Source of the DNA: Epiperipatus broadwayi
Lineage: Eukaryota > Animalia > Onychophora
Assembly: GCA_028023455.1 (NCBI GenBank)
Contig: JAQFVV010000001.1
Span: forward strand, 33,170,001-33,234,000
Direction of reading: 5' to 3'
Length of the DNA stretch: 64,000 nucleotides
The notes below the pieces were generated by a model. It was not told where the DNA came from. It saw only the letters and a list, made by a program, of their open reading frames with translations, and made no database searches. How positions within the stretch are numbered: the stretch's first letter is position 1; every line of letters starts with the position of its first letter. Made by a program: the position numbers and the translations under genes. Positions 40,186-52,870 of this stretch are shown here, one piece after another.

Positions 40186-40226
40186 TCCTCACTGAAGAGA
40201 CCCATAGGTCGAAACCGGTCTGGGGA
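40186..40226 (+). ncRNA. Minimal type I hammerhead ribozyme (family B)
   Basis: TCCTCA-CTGAAGA-GACC-CATA-GGTC-GAAA-CCGG-TC^TGGGGA: canonical CUGANGA/GAAA core, 4-bp stem II, GUC cleavage triplet and palindromic ACCGGT stem III. Confidence 0.87.
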
Positions 40227-43106
40227 TGGGGACCATTTAAAATAAAAATGATTTGAATGCCTTCTCTTATAGTAGCATTTATCATAAATAAAAAAAAAGC
40301 TTGTTTAGAGCTATTAGCACGCTCTTAATTTTACATACTTCTATAACGAAAATTAAAAAGTATTTTGGTATTCAATACATTAGCATAATAAGTCGAACTG
40401 CAGCAGATGTCTTGTCAGGTTGATGTTGATCATACTTCCGTAGATATTTTGGTATCTATATAGTTTGGACAGAACAATTTCAAAAAATTTGATGAAATTG
40501 TTAATTCAGAATATTGATTTCTGTTATCTTATTCCAAAACTTGTAGTCTCATTAGGAAGTAGAATAGAAAGAATTGGACATTTAATTGAGGTATTCAAAT
40601 CATTCTTTAATTCACAAGAAAAAAACATCAAAATTTCTGGTAGACTTTTTAACAATCCATTAAATAAAGAATATACACACACATATAGCATGTAATATAG
40701 TTTTAATAAAATTTTTTTGAAAATTGAAGGAAGAAAAATAACTGTTACAGAATTACTCAATATTTTAAAGAACCTTTAGAATTAACAAAAAATAAATTAT
40801 AAAATTTATTCCAACAAAAACATTGAAATTTCTAAATCACTGAAAGATAGATTTTGAATAATATAGAGAATTATTTATGGCATTTTACTATTATTTGCAA
40901 AAATGTAATTCCACTTGAGCATGTTAATATATTTATATGAATAGTTTTTTAAAGGAAGTTCATTTTGGAACATTGAGAGTATCTATACATATTTAAAAAC
41001 TAAGAATTCTTTAATAATATTTATTGGTAAAAATTTTTAAGAAGAAAATAAGTATAAGAATTAGTCATGTAAAATGAATGACTGACTACATTAACCTGGA
41101 TAATCCTTTAGTTCATGCTCAGATATATTTTTTGACCCTTTGGGGAAATATTGGGCCACTATTGAAAACACCAAATGATAAAAGGAAAATAAAATACTAA
41201 TGAGTTTTACAAATACAAATTTATTAGTATAAAGAAATATTAATATAAAACTTGCATAGTTTTAATGACAGATTTCCCCCCTCCTCCCCTTAGCAATATC
41301 AATAAAGTAATGCATGTTATGTGAAGAAAAGTAAATAAAGTAAAATGTATAGTTTTTTCAGAAGTGAAAAAAAATGTAGATATTTAAACAAGTAAACAAA
41401 AAGAAAAAAAATTATGAATCAGTTGTACAAATATGAATTTACTTGAGAGTTATTAAACTTATATGATTGATAAATTGATTTCACTCTGAATTGCCAACAA
41501 TGTTGACAAAGGTATGCTTATAAGCATTAGAACATAGGTGGATTCATTCTATTCTTAATTCCTTTGTTCAATATTGAGATGCATGTAAGTCATAGCTAAG
41601 TCATAGCTGAGTGTTTAGAACAATATTAATATAAAACTTGTATTGATTTAATAATTGCATAGTACCCCCCCCCCTTTTCAATGCAGAATTTACAATTTTT
41701 TTTTTTTTAAGTAAAGGTTACAAATAAACAACAAATAAATAATAATAAAAATTTAGTTGTACAAAATAATTAAACAAGTAGACAAGAAGAATAAAGGGTT
41801 ACAGCAGAATTTATCATCACTCCTTTTGCTACTATATGCTATTTTTCTTTTTTGAGGCTTTTTAGGGGCAAGTATCTGCCACATTTTTTGCATGGGTACA
41901 CGGGCAAATATAGATATGATATATGGAAGATTTTACAGACATTACAGCAGGTAGTAAAATATAGAATCAAAAGAAACTCAATTTTACTTTTGACTAAAAT
42001 GACATGAAAATAATTTTATTTTTCATTTAAAACAATACATTAGAGAGGAGGAGGCAGCATTTAAAGGGACAATTGGCTTTTTTTTTTTTTGTATGAAGTA
42101 ACCTAAAGAAAAATAGATAATGGGGTTAGCTATAGTTTTTTAGCAACAAAATTAAGTTAAAATAATCACTTTGTTTGTATACACTTTCTCAAAATAATAC
42201 TATTGGCAGTTTTAATAAACTTTAGACATTTATAATGCAATCTGAAACATAAAATACTATTACTTAATGCCATAGTAAATTCATAATTTGCATAGCTAAT
42301 TAGTATTTTTGTTCTTGTTTCATTATTAATTTTATAATAATATTGTTAGAGGGTAGGGGGGGATCCATTTATTAAATATTTTATATTAATATTGCTTTGT
42401 ACAAGTGAATTCTTATTTTACAATTGATGCATATTTTTCTTCCATTTATCGCTTGATATTTTCAGTAGTGGTTATCTATAGTTCCCCTAAATAATAATAA
42501 ATGCCCTTAGCACCTACTAAAAGATTATCTATAGTTCTCCTAAATAATAATAAATGCCTTAGCACCTACTAAATGATTACCTTAAAACAAATTAAAGAAT
42601 AATATTCTCGGTTGTTCATAATTTGTGAATACTTATACAGTATGCTCATGTTGAAAGATTTGTTTTTGCTAATGTCAATTCAATGAACAGATGGGAAGAT
42701 GAAGCAATTATGAATTTAAATAATAGATAATCTAGTTTTGTTAATGTTAAAAATAGTACTAAATATATGGTTTGAACTCCATTTAGTTATTATAATGCTC
42801 TTACATTATGTCATTTAATACTTGTTTAAGATTCAGTTTGCTTTTTTTTAATGTTCTTATACCAAATGTATATTTTCCAAAATCTGGCAATCCTATGTAT
42901 TTTCAAATTTATGTTCATGAAATAAGTTTTAGACATTATGTTGTGTAAAATACTTGAATCATAATATTTTTTATTTGGTTAAAAATAATTAGAGGGAAGA
43001 GAATTATTAAAATATAAACTTACATTCTTGAAAATTAAAATTACTTTTATTATTATTAGATATCCATTTGATATAGACTTACAATGATTATATATATGAT
43101 CTAGTC

Positions 43107-43611
43107 CAGTGATCTTCAACCTTTCACACCTGCGGACCGGTAAAAATAAGGATAAGGTTTCGCGGACTGGCAGAAGTCTATAGATAAATTTTCTTAAAGA
43201 TGTAAACTGCTTAGCTTTAGATGAGCATGATTGTTATAACTGATCAAAACAACTTTAAATATTCAAGATGAAATTATATATATATATGGAGTTTGTATAA
43301 TAAAAAACTTTTTTATTTTTGAATTTTTTTAGAAAAGTAATAAAAAATTTATAATTCTAACCCCCCTCCCCCATAAACATCTGTGATAACTAAAAAAAAC
43401 AAATTAATTTATGTATGATTGATTAGATTTTGTTTTTGTTCTGTTTTTTTTTTTTTTAATTGGGTAAAAATGAGATGAAAAAATAAATAAAAATTGTTTA
43501 TATTAATTAAAAGTTTAAACTCTTATTATTTTATTACAAACTTTCCTGCGGCCCTGCAGAAAACTTCTGCAGCCCGGCATCGGTCCGCGGATCAAGGGTT
43601 GAAGATCACTG
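43107..43611. mobile_element. Buster-type hAT MITE (505 bp)
   Basis: TIRs CAGTGATCTTCAACCT / GGGTTGAAGATCACTG; perfect TSD ATCTAGTC at 43099-43106 and 43612-43619. Confidence 0.93.
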
Positions 43612-43619
43612 ATCTAGTC

Positions 43620-44733
43620 CAATGATGGCCAACCTTTTGAGCTCAGTGTGTCAAAATTCACCAAAAAACTGAACATAACTTGGGTGGTGTGTCACTTCAA
43701 GAAAAATCCATAATTTTGTGATATTTGTGAACTTACAGATGTTAAATTTGTAGAACCTTTTACAAATTTAAGGATGGGATTAGATTGACTCTTACAAAGG
43801 TGTAGCTGCCTTAAAATGTATTCCTTCCTTTCATTCTCACTTTTTTTCAAGAGCTGGGAATAGTTTCAAAATGTCTTTATATTCGATATTCTGCTTACTA
43901 CCGTTTCAATACACAGAACGCAAAATGATCTGTTTCTGTCAATAATGCCATACATCTCTGTCCATATCTCTTGAAAGGCTCTGCTACTGCTATTACCACT
44001 TCCTTTATTTAATCTTGGTTTTTTTATTCTTTGGGCTCTCTATCGGGGGGTGGGTGGGTGGGTGGCAGTGACTGGAGATAGCCTGCTAGCCCTTGAGATA
44101 ATTAGGGGTTAACTAAAGACTCAGATGAGGTGTTCTCTTTCCCCAGAATTGTTGAGCAGTAACTAACTGTGTTAGGGTACAGTGGTAGCACAGTGAGGTC
44201 TTGGCAGAGTTAACTGTCTCTGATAGGGTGTTCTCTTCCCCTATTAACCTTTTCACGGTTAGATTTTTCTATTTACCGAGTGAGTTAAAGATCTAAACTA
44301 TTGTATGGTTCATTTACAGAATCAGCACTAAAAATGTATTCGTCTTTTAGTATTATATTTGTTTTAGTTTCATTTATAAAAAGCAAATTAATAATTTGTC
44401 AGGTTATGAAAGTGAATGAAAGTTTTTTCAAAAATAAATATCTTTTTATAATTATAAAAATAATCTGTAGCAAAAAATGTCAAACGAACAATCGTAACTT
44501 ATTAGAAAATATTGAGTATGCTGCTGCTGATATTTTTCTCAATTTACGATCGCGTAAAAGTAAATAATTTTTCCTAAACTCTTAACTATTTTTTTAAAAT
44601 AATTATATTTTCAGCATATTTTATCAAAATAAATTATAATATGTAAAAAAATATGAGAAAAACATATTCTAAAACATTCATTTTCGTTTTGAATGTCACT
44701 GCTGACACGCATGTCATAGGTTAGCCATCACTG
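43620..44733 (-). mobile_element. Internally deleted Buster hAT (1114 bp) retaining the transposase N-terminus; resembles OC1/OposCharlie1-type elements
   Basis: TIRs CAATGATGGCCAACCT / AGGTTAGCCATCACTG; TSD ATCTAGTC / ATCTAGCC. Minus-strand ESPKNKKPRLNKGSGNSSSRAFQEIWTEMYGIIDRNRSFCVLC at ~43880-44040. The OC1 resemblance is from memory and unverified. Confidence 0.85.
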
Positions 44734-47109
44734 ATCTAGCCTCTAGTTTTTCAAGCTGCTCAAAGCAGATTCATTTTTGCTTGGTCTGGCCAACTACTTT
44801 CTTATGGCCTCTTTTTACCACCACTGTTTTTGATCATAATAAACTTTCTTAATGAATTCAATCATGTTGTTATGTGACAAGAATAAGATTTCCAATTTAT
44901 TCATTTGCATTTTAAATGAGAGTTGGACTAATTTGATCAAGTATTTAATTGTATTTTTTTGCTATTCATATTTTAGTTTCCAACATTTTTAAAAATCATT
45001 ACATGGTTTTGGTATATGCAAAAATCTTTTCAAAAAAATTTTTAATAAAAAATTTAAGAAAATTTAATTCATTTTTTATCTGAAGCCTATTAATGAAATT
45101 AAAATTATTCAAGTTTTGGCTGAGTAAATTTATAAAATATGAAATCCAGGAAAAACATATAATGTTAAATAATTTTTTTAAAGATATAGTTATCAGTAGC
45201 ATATTGATGTAATTAAAATTATTCAGGTCTTGACTGAATAAATTTACAAAATATGAAATCCAGGAAAAACATATGATATGAATGAGATATAAACATTTTA
45301 AAATAAATGACAAAATAATCAAATTACAAAGTTTTATCATATTTCTACAATTAGAATTTCTTTTTTCCGCTTGTATGGAGAATATACTAGGCAGTAGTAT
45401 ATTACAGCCAATCAAGAACTGATCATTTGTAGTTTGCCATTACTTACCACGCAGTCACTTTCTTTTCGTATTTTAATATATAATGCTATATATGAAATTT
45501 GTTTATAGAACAATTTCCCATTAAAAAATAAAATTATTGTTGAAAATTTTGAAGCATATAAATTTTTTCTGTTGCTCACCAGACTTTATTTTAACATCCT
45601 ATTTATAATATAAATTCATTGCCTCTTTTTTTTTTTTGCTTTAAAAAAATGCCTACAGATTATAGTTAAGCATCTCGAAAAAAAAAAAACATCATGAGAT
45701 CTGATTATAATATAACTATTAAAAGTATTGAAATGTCTAAATTTTTATGAAAACTCATGGAATAATTTGTTAGTCTTTATTTTTATTATAAAGTAGTATT
45801 TATGAATGATAATATATACAAATATAAGTAATCATAGTGGGTGTTTAGCAAATAAAAATTGAAAATGAGACAAACTTGTTTTTACATGAATTACTCCATT
45901 TGTAAATTATTTATAAATGAATGAGTGATTTATTTACTCTAGTCTTCATAATTTTGAAATAGTACTGAATAAAATATAAGTCCATAGGGCTATATTAAGA
46001 CATTGTGAATATATTATGTTAATAAGTATTTTCAAATGACTTATTTCTTAATTAGTGAATAAATCCATTTATTTATAAAATATTCTACAATTAAAAATAT
46101 GCGATTATTCAATCAAAATATCTGATTCATTGCTCATTTTTTATTTCTAACAATACATTTATGTCAAGATAACTTTTATTTACATATCTTTTAAAGTTAG
46201 TTAATTATTACATTATTCATAGTGATTTCCTAGAAAAAACTACCTATTAAAGATCAAATACTAGCAAATTTATTGTAAAAATTTTATTTAATGTATAAAT
46301 ATATATTTTTTAAATTTAAGATTATTTAACAAATTTTTATTTTTTAAATGGAACTTGTGATATATTTATTATAATTTTGGAACTCAAACATTATTAGATT
46401 TCTTATCATTGGTGTTGATGATTTGATCAAAGAAAAGAAAAATATTGCTGACAAAAATAAATTCAAATTTGTTCAAAAATTGTTTGTTTATTAGCATTCA
46501 TCATTTTTAAATATTTATGAATTTGTAAATATGAACACCAAAGTTGTGTTTCAGAAATATCTACCATTATAATATACCAACAGTTTGATGAAAAATTTCT
46601 ATAATTAGAATATCTTGAAAGTAAATGAAATTTTAGTATGTATTGTAAAAGCTAATTTTATCTTTTTTTAAAAAAAATACCATTTTATCAAACTTGTAAC
46701 TAAATGTTGATTAAAAAAAGGTGTCATTTTAGATTATATAATACATAATTAGGCTTAAAAATTCAACATTGTCTCTTTTCCATGTGTAGGTCAAATCTGG
46801 ATACTTATAATTAGAAAATTTGTATTGGCCAAAATTATGATCTTTAATCTATCACAATTGCAAGATTATTTATCTTTATATTTTACTTACTAACATTTTT
46901 CAATTTAATCTTGGAATATGCACACATAAAAAAAAAAAACACTCTAGAGTAAAAAAATTAATATATGCACTCATTTGAAAAAAAAAAAAAATTAAAATGC
47001 AGCATTCTTTTATTTTTGCTATCATCAATGCTATAAAATAGATCTTTAACAAAGATTACAATAATCTTTTTGTATTCATGTCCTTGGCATAGATACTATA
47101 ATTGGTAGT

Positions 47110-48210
47110 TACGGATAATTCAACCGATGATGTATTACACTTACCGATTTCCCTTCCGGTAGACATCGTCGATTTTTGCTTGACAATGTTGTCATGGCAA
47201 CCAAGTGACTGGCGTGATTAATACATCAGAGAGTCAATTTTTTTTTTTTTCACAGTTACAGTAATTCGGGTAAATTGTTTTATTTTGTTAATATTTCTAC
47301 AATTCTCAAACTTACATTGAATTACGTTTAATGTGTAAATAATTTTCAATAATTTTTTAAAACAAATTTGCTATAGACAGTACATTTTTAAAATTACCAA
47401 ATGCATGTGATAACACGTTTTCTCCAAGGTTGCCATTAATGCCAGATTCGCATTAATTCGGGTAAAGTGTTTTATTTGTTCATTTTAAATTTACAAAAAT
47501 TTTTAATATTTCTTACATTGAATTACATTTAATGTGTAAATAATTTTCAATAATTTTTTAAAACAATATACAGTATGTAAAAGTGCGGCTTTAATACCAG
47601 ATTTGCATTAAATCGCGTCTTTTTTATTTAGCAGTTTATTTAAAATTTACAAAAATTTTTTGTTAATATTTCTACAATTCTCAAACTTACATTGAATTAC
47701 GTTTTAATTTTATTTTTAATTTCTGAATTATATCATACAGAAAATGTTTTTTCGTAAATTCATCGGCAATTATAAAAATTACAGCTACGAGAGTAATACA
47801 ATGTCTGATATAGGTGTATGCCGAGCCTTCGGCTCGTAAAAAACAGCCGAGGCCCCCCCGCCAATTCCAGCGCTACGTGCTGGTTTTATAAATTATATAT
47901 TTTTAGAATAGAACACGTTTTATATATTTTTAACATGAATAATTATTATTATATTAATTGCTTTTAATTTCTAAATTATTTTGTCAGAATAGTTTTTATC
48001 ACGTGACCTGGATAATTCAACCGATGACGTATTACCCTGAAGGCATATCAGTCTAATCTTGCGATTTTTAACGTACCGTCTTCACGTGATCTGCGGACAA
48101 ATTTTAGCGATTACATGTGTCCGCTGATACCTTGGAGACGTTATCTTAAAAATCGCAACATCAGACTGATATACCTTCAGGGTAATACGTCATCGGTTGA
48201 ATTATCCGTG
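47110..48210. mobile_element. Unclassified non-autonomous TIR element with an internal extra end forming a ~200-bp palindrome
   Basis: ACGGATAATTCAACCGATGA(T/C)GTATTAC at 47111 and inverted at ~48182-48209. 62-bp inverted arms at 48010-48071 and 48146-48207 (3 mismatches). Internal ~100-bp direct repeats. No TSD resolved. Confidence 0.65.
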
Positions 48211-51200
48211 AGAACCTATAATTTACAGGTAGAACTAAATTGTATATAGCAATGTGGAGCTTTAGTATCCGTTGTAATTTATTCCACCCCCCCCCATTAC
48301 TTTATTCATCATGGATAGTAAGTAGCTCACGTTTTATCGATAATCATTGATTACAAAACATTGTTTTTTATAAATCTGTATTACTTTTTGATTTACACAT
48401 ATGCTTTTTTATTTGTATATTATGTATATATAAATTAAAATTATAGTAAAAACAAAATTAAAAAAAAATAGTTATTAATAATAAATTAAGAGAGCATTTA
48501 TAATTGTTTTTTCATTAACATTATAAAAAAATAGATTTATACATATTTATTTTTAAATAAAATAAACAGCAAAATGTCTAAAAAAGTCAGAATTTTATCA
48601 CAGTTCAACATGCTCTATAATGTCCTTTTTTCCAATAACTTTTTCTCCTGTATACACATAATAGCATTATTGTTATCAGCTGACTATGTCTTCTAATTAT
48701 TTGATATTTTCAATTCCATATTGATTTCAGAATCTATACAATCATTCCTATTTTCAATTAATCATTCACTTTAAACTTTCTGATGCAATACAAGAATGCT
48801 ATACAGTTCTTTTTTTAATTTTTATGCCACTATTAAATTGATCATTTTCATTTTATTGCTTAAGAAAAATATATTACAACTTTTATTATATTTCATTAAA
48901 CTTGTAGTTTTACACTTAGAAATCATTTTATTACAAGATATACCATATCAGTTAAAAAACATACTTTCAACACAACTAAAACTATTAATAAATTAATAGT
49001 TTTATTTTTTGTTAACTTAAGTAATGTATACTGATACAGCACATATTGTAACTTCACTGTATACATTCATATACTGGACAGCCTGCACCTAATGTTCTAC
49101 CTCAGAGGTCACCACTAGACCTCTAACCTAGAAATTTTATAATTTGCGGGTGAGGATATTAACTACAAATGCCTACCATAGCTATCACATCATATATATA
49201 GCTACTAGATCACGGAGAGTAGATTCTTGACAAAATAAACAATTAACAGGGCAGACAACAATAAAAAAAATCACTAGACAACCTAACAATTAAACCTAAC
49301 AATTAACCATATTTATTAATAATTAAACAACAAGCTTACATTAATGGTAAGGTTTAAACCCAGATTTATAATAAACATTGTTTAAATGATTATTAATCAT
49401 TTTCAAGAAATTAAGTAATGTATTTGACATTGATAATTTATTTACTATTCTTCTCAATGTTAACTTTAGTCCCTTTTATAATAATAGAATTTTACAAACT
49501 TGACAAATTTCAAATGTGCACACACATTTATTTGCTATAATATTAATCCATAATCAAAAATCAGCTGGCTTAATTACTACACCAACTCATGAGCTGAAAT
49601 TACTAAACAAAGCACATTTCCAGTGCACTAGATCTTAACCATGAAAAGAAATATGTAAGAAGCTATACTCAAATAGGTCCATAAATAACCATTGTTAAAG
49701 TATGAAATGTATATGAAAGCAAGGGAAGAAAAAGTGCTTTATCCAAAGCTAACATCAATAATCGCAAATTACAAGCAGTAAATAAATCACGGGATAGAAC
49801 ACATCAATAACTTAAATAGAAATGATCATGAGGAGGGAAATCTCTATCCCAATGCAGAGAAAAATATATATAAATCTGTGTGTGTATATAACGGTAATCA
49901 TAAGAATAAATCAAAAGGGCCGAACATAAAAATAATCTTCACTTGTAATGGATTATTTTATATATGCATGCATACATAGACATAATTCTCTCTTTTTACT
50001 TTTAGGCACATATGATATAAATAAAATAAAAAACTGCCAATAATTTAAACATTTCAACAATTTATATAAATAAAATTATATATGCACATCTCTACAGCGC
50101 AAGTAGTGATTATTTTAAATGCTTCAAGGTATTATTTTTTATCAAAAACAATTACTAACAAAAAAAAAGACAGAAAGTCTAAATTTTTAAAATTAATAAT
50201 TAGATGGTCTAAAACCATTGTGAAAGTGGAGGGAAGAAACTTTTTTAATTTTTTTTTCAAATTTTCTTTTAAAACTTTACGAGGGGAAGAAAAAAATGTC
50301 AAAATTTAATAAACTAATTAGTTTAAATTAACTTTAATAATAATACTAAAAAAAATTTATACTACTACATGAAACCTATAAAAGTAAAATTATAAAATAG
50401 ATAAAAGTAGGCATATATAAAAAAAAATTACACCTTGTCTTATATCACTGGCTTACTGATAACATCTTGATAATAATTCAGGTGAAAATATTTATTTTTA
50501 GTTCAAAAAGAAGGGGTAAAGAAAGCTATTACTTTCCAGAAAGATCGATTAGCAAATGCATAAGTACACTGACACGTCCTTGATCAGGTATTGGAGTTTC
50601 ATGAAGCTGCTTCATCAACAAGGAGAAGTGCATTCCTTCGATGGTTTCTAAAATGTCAATAGTTGGCCGCTTTTTGTTAATCAGCTAGCAGGCAAAGTGA
50701 ATATATCATGGCTACAGTTTTATGTTGGAAAGTGGAGTTTATGTCTGGTACTTTAGCAGCACATAGCATTAAATAAGATCACTGGAACAGGTTTCGAGTT
50801 CATCATCCAGTCAGGCACAGTTAAATACAGTGAAATCACTGTTGAAGAAACTTAACAAAATGCAGAGTGCCATGTAGAAAAGCAGAAAAATGAGTATGCG
50901 GGAATAAGCAGACAAGTAAATCAGCGAGTAAGCAGGATAAAATATAATTTTTCAACTGTTTTTTTATAGATCTAAAGTTAATTGTTTACTCACTGAAGAA
51001 TTTCAGAAATTTCTACTAGTAGCAAGTCAATGATTACAATTTTGAACCCAGATAAGCCAGTAATTTTTAATTAAGAAAAGAAATTCACCAAATTTATAAT
51101 TACATCTATCTAAAATTTTAAAGATAACAAATAAAATCGAAATAATACTCAATGTAGGAAAAAATTGATTTTGTTAAAAATTTAATGAATACAACAAGGA

Positions 51201-52049
51201 TGGATTAATAAAGAGTTGTTTTAAGATTAAGCATTGTTCCTAAAATATTTATATAAAGTCTTTTAGAAATTGACAACAAATTTATTTACAAAGTTCACAT
51301 TTAAAAAAAAACAATTTTTTTACAATTAAATAAACCAAGACAGCATTATAAACATATGTTTTAATGTGTATACATATATATATAGTAGCATACCTAATTA
51401 AAAAAAACAAACAAAACTCAAAAATTAAATAAAGCCTGGTTTTGGCTAACATACAACTTTTTGCACTTAAGTTAAATATTGGGATGGCAAAGCCCCATCT
51501 CAATGTGGATGTTACAATATGTATATAGAGCTGTGTTTTTCAACCTTTTTCTGATTTGAAATTTTTTTTTGTTGTTGCGGGATTCTTAGTTTATATTCTT
51601 TGCATCTGCCAATGAATTTGAAAGTTGTTAAATATATGGCTGTTTGTATATAGTACCAAGATATTAAATGTCAAACTTTTAGCATATATACAGAACAAAT
51701 TTTGTATTTTATGTATATCTTAATAAATTAATAAGTAAATATATATTTAATCTTATTAAACAATCAAAAATGGACACAATCTGTTTCAATTCCTTTTTTT
51801 TTGCCAATATATGATACTGTTGTCTGTATATTTATCCAGCAATTAAGATTAAATTTCATCTCTCAATATAATTTTTTGCAAAATCACAAGTTATGGCAGC
51901 TTCCTTTTGACTAGTGTCTTTCAAGTCACTGAGAAATGACTTCTGTTAGATTGCAACAAATTCATTAGTTTTAAGTTTTAATAAATCATAAAAAAAAGGC
52001 ATCAACAAACTTGTGATCCTGATCCAGTGATCTTCTGCATTCAATGATC

Positions 52050-52870
52050 TGTAGATATATGCATTTTAATAGTAATTTTGTCATCAAAATTATAACTTAG
52101 TTTAGGATTCATGAATTTTTATAAATGTCAGAGCATACCCTATGTTCAGTTATATCCATTCTGAAAATGCTATGTTGCACATTATTTTGGCCAAGCATGT
52201 TTGATAAAAATTTAAAAGGTTTGATACTTTATCATTCACTGTTATGTTTCTCAGATGTACTCTGCTCATTATTAATTCTATACTTTGATGTGTAATACAC
52301 ATACGTAATGTGTGCATCTCATTTTTCCTGTAATATATATTGTTTTGATCATAATTCATAAAATTTGGAAAATCCAAATTTATTTTTGGGATATTGAATT
52401 TTGATTGTAAATTACCCAGAAGCCATTTTTTCTGAACTCTACACAGACATTTTCTTCTGTTTGAATTGTCTTTATTCTGATATCACTACAAATTCAGTCA
52501 CTGTTACAAAAAAATTCTTATTAGGTCTGCAGTGGTTTTTTCCATTTTTTCCCCTGATTTATGAACAGGGGATGAGATTCTTTCTGTGGCACTATGTTTC
52601 ATTGCTCTAGCCATTTAGTTGTTACAGCAAAGTCCTCTGAATATTAGATGTTAACTTTTTTAGCTGAATTAATGGAATTATCATTTGTTCACTATAACAT
52701 TTAGTTTGAGGAAAAGTTATCTTTCAATAGTGGCATTTGTATATTTTCTATCAAGTTTTATCTTTTTTTTTTTTATTATATATGATGATTCCAGAACAAT
52801 TTTTACTTCCAAGTTAGTATTAAATTTATCCATTTTAGATCTTCATAACTAGGATGACCAAGTTTTTTTT
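52050..52870 (-). mobile_element. Possible decayed LINE ORF2 3' region
   Basis: Coding-like minus-strand pieces (LRMCITHQSIELIMSRVHL) are reminiscent of LINE C-termini; weak. Confidence 0.3.

Larger units (their letters stand above)
39339..40334. mobile_element. Hammerhead-repeat family B insertion: near-perfect ~1-kb palindrome of ~420-425-bp monomers
   Basis: Left arm 39339-39850 (minus) and right arm 39851-40334 (plus), each ~1.15-1.2 monomers. TSD ATACTTCTATAAC at 39326-39338 and 40335-40347. Very few mismatches between the arms. Confidence 0.92.
38650..41170 (+). mobile_element. Heavily decayed hAT-superfamily-like transposase remnant (interrupted by the family B insertion)
   Basis: Fragments KCIAFCGD..NFGG...NNIFAKL, TAADVL and SKT...SLGSRIERI..IEVFKSFFNSQE. 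TIRs not identified; subfamily uncertain. Confidence 0.55.
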
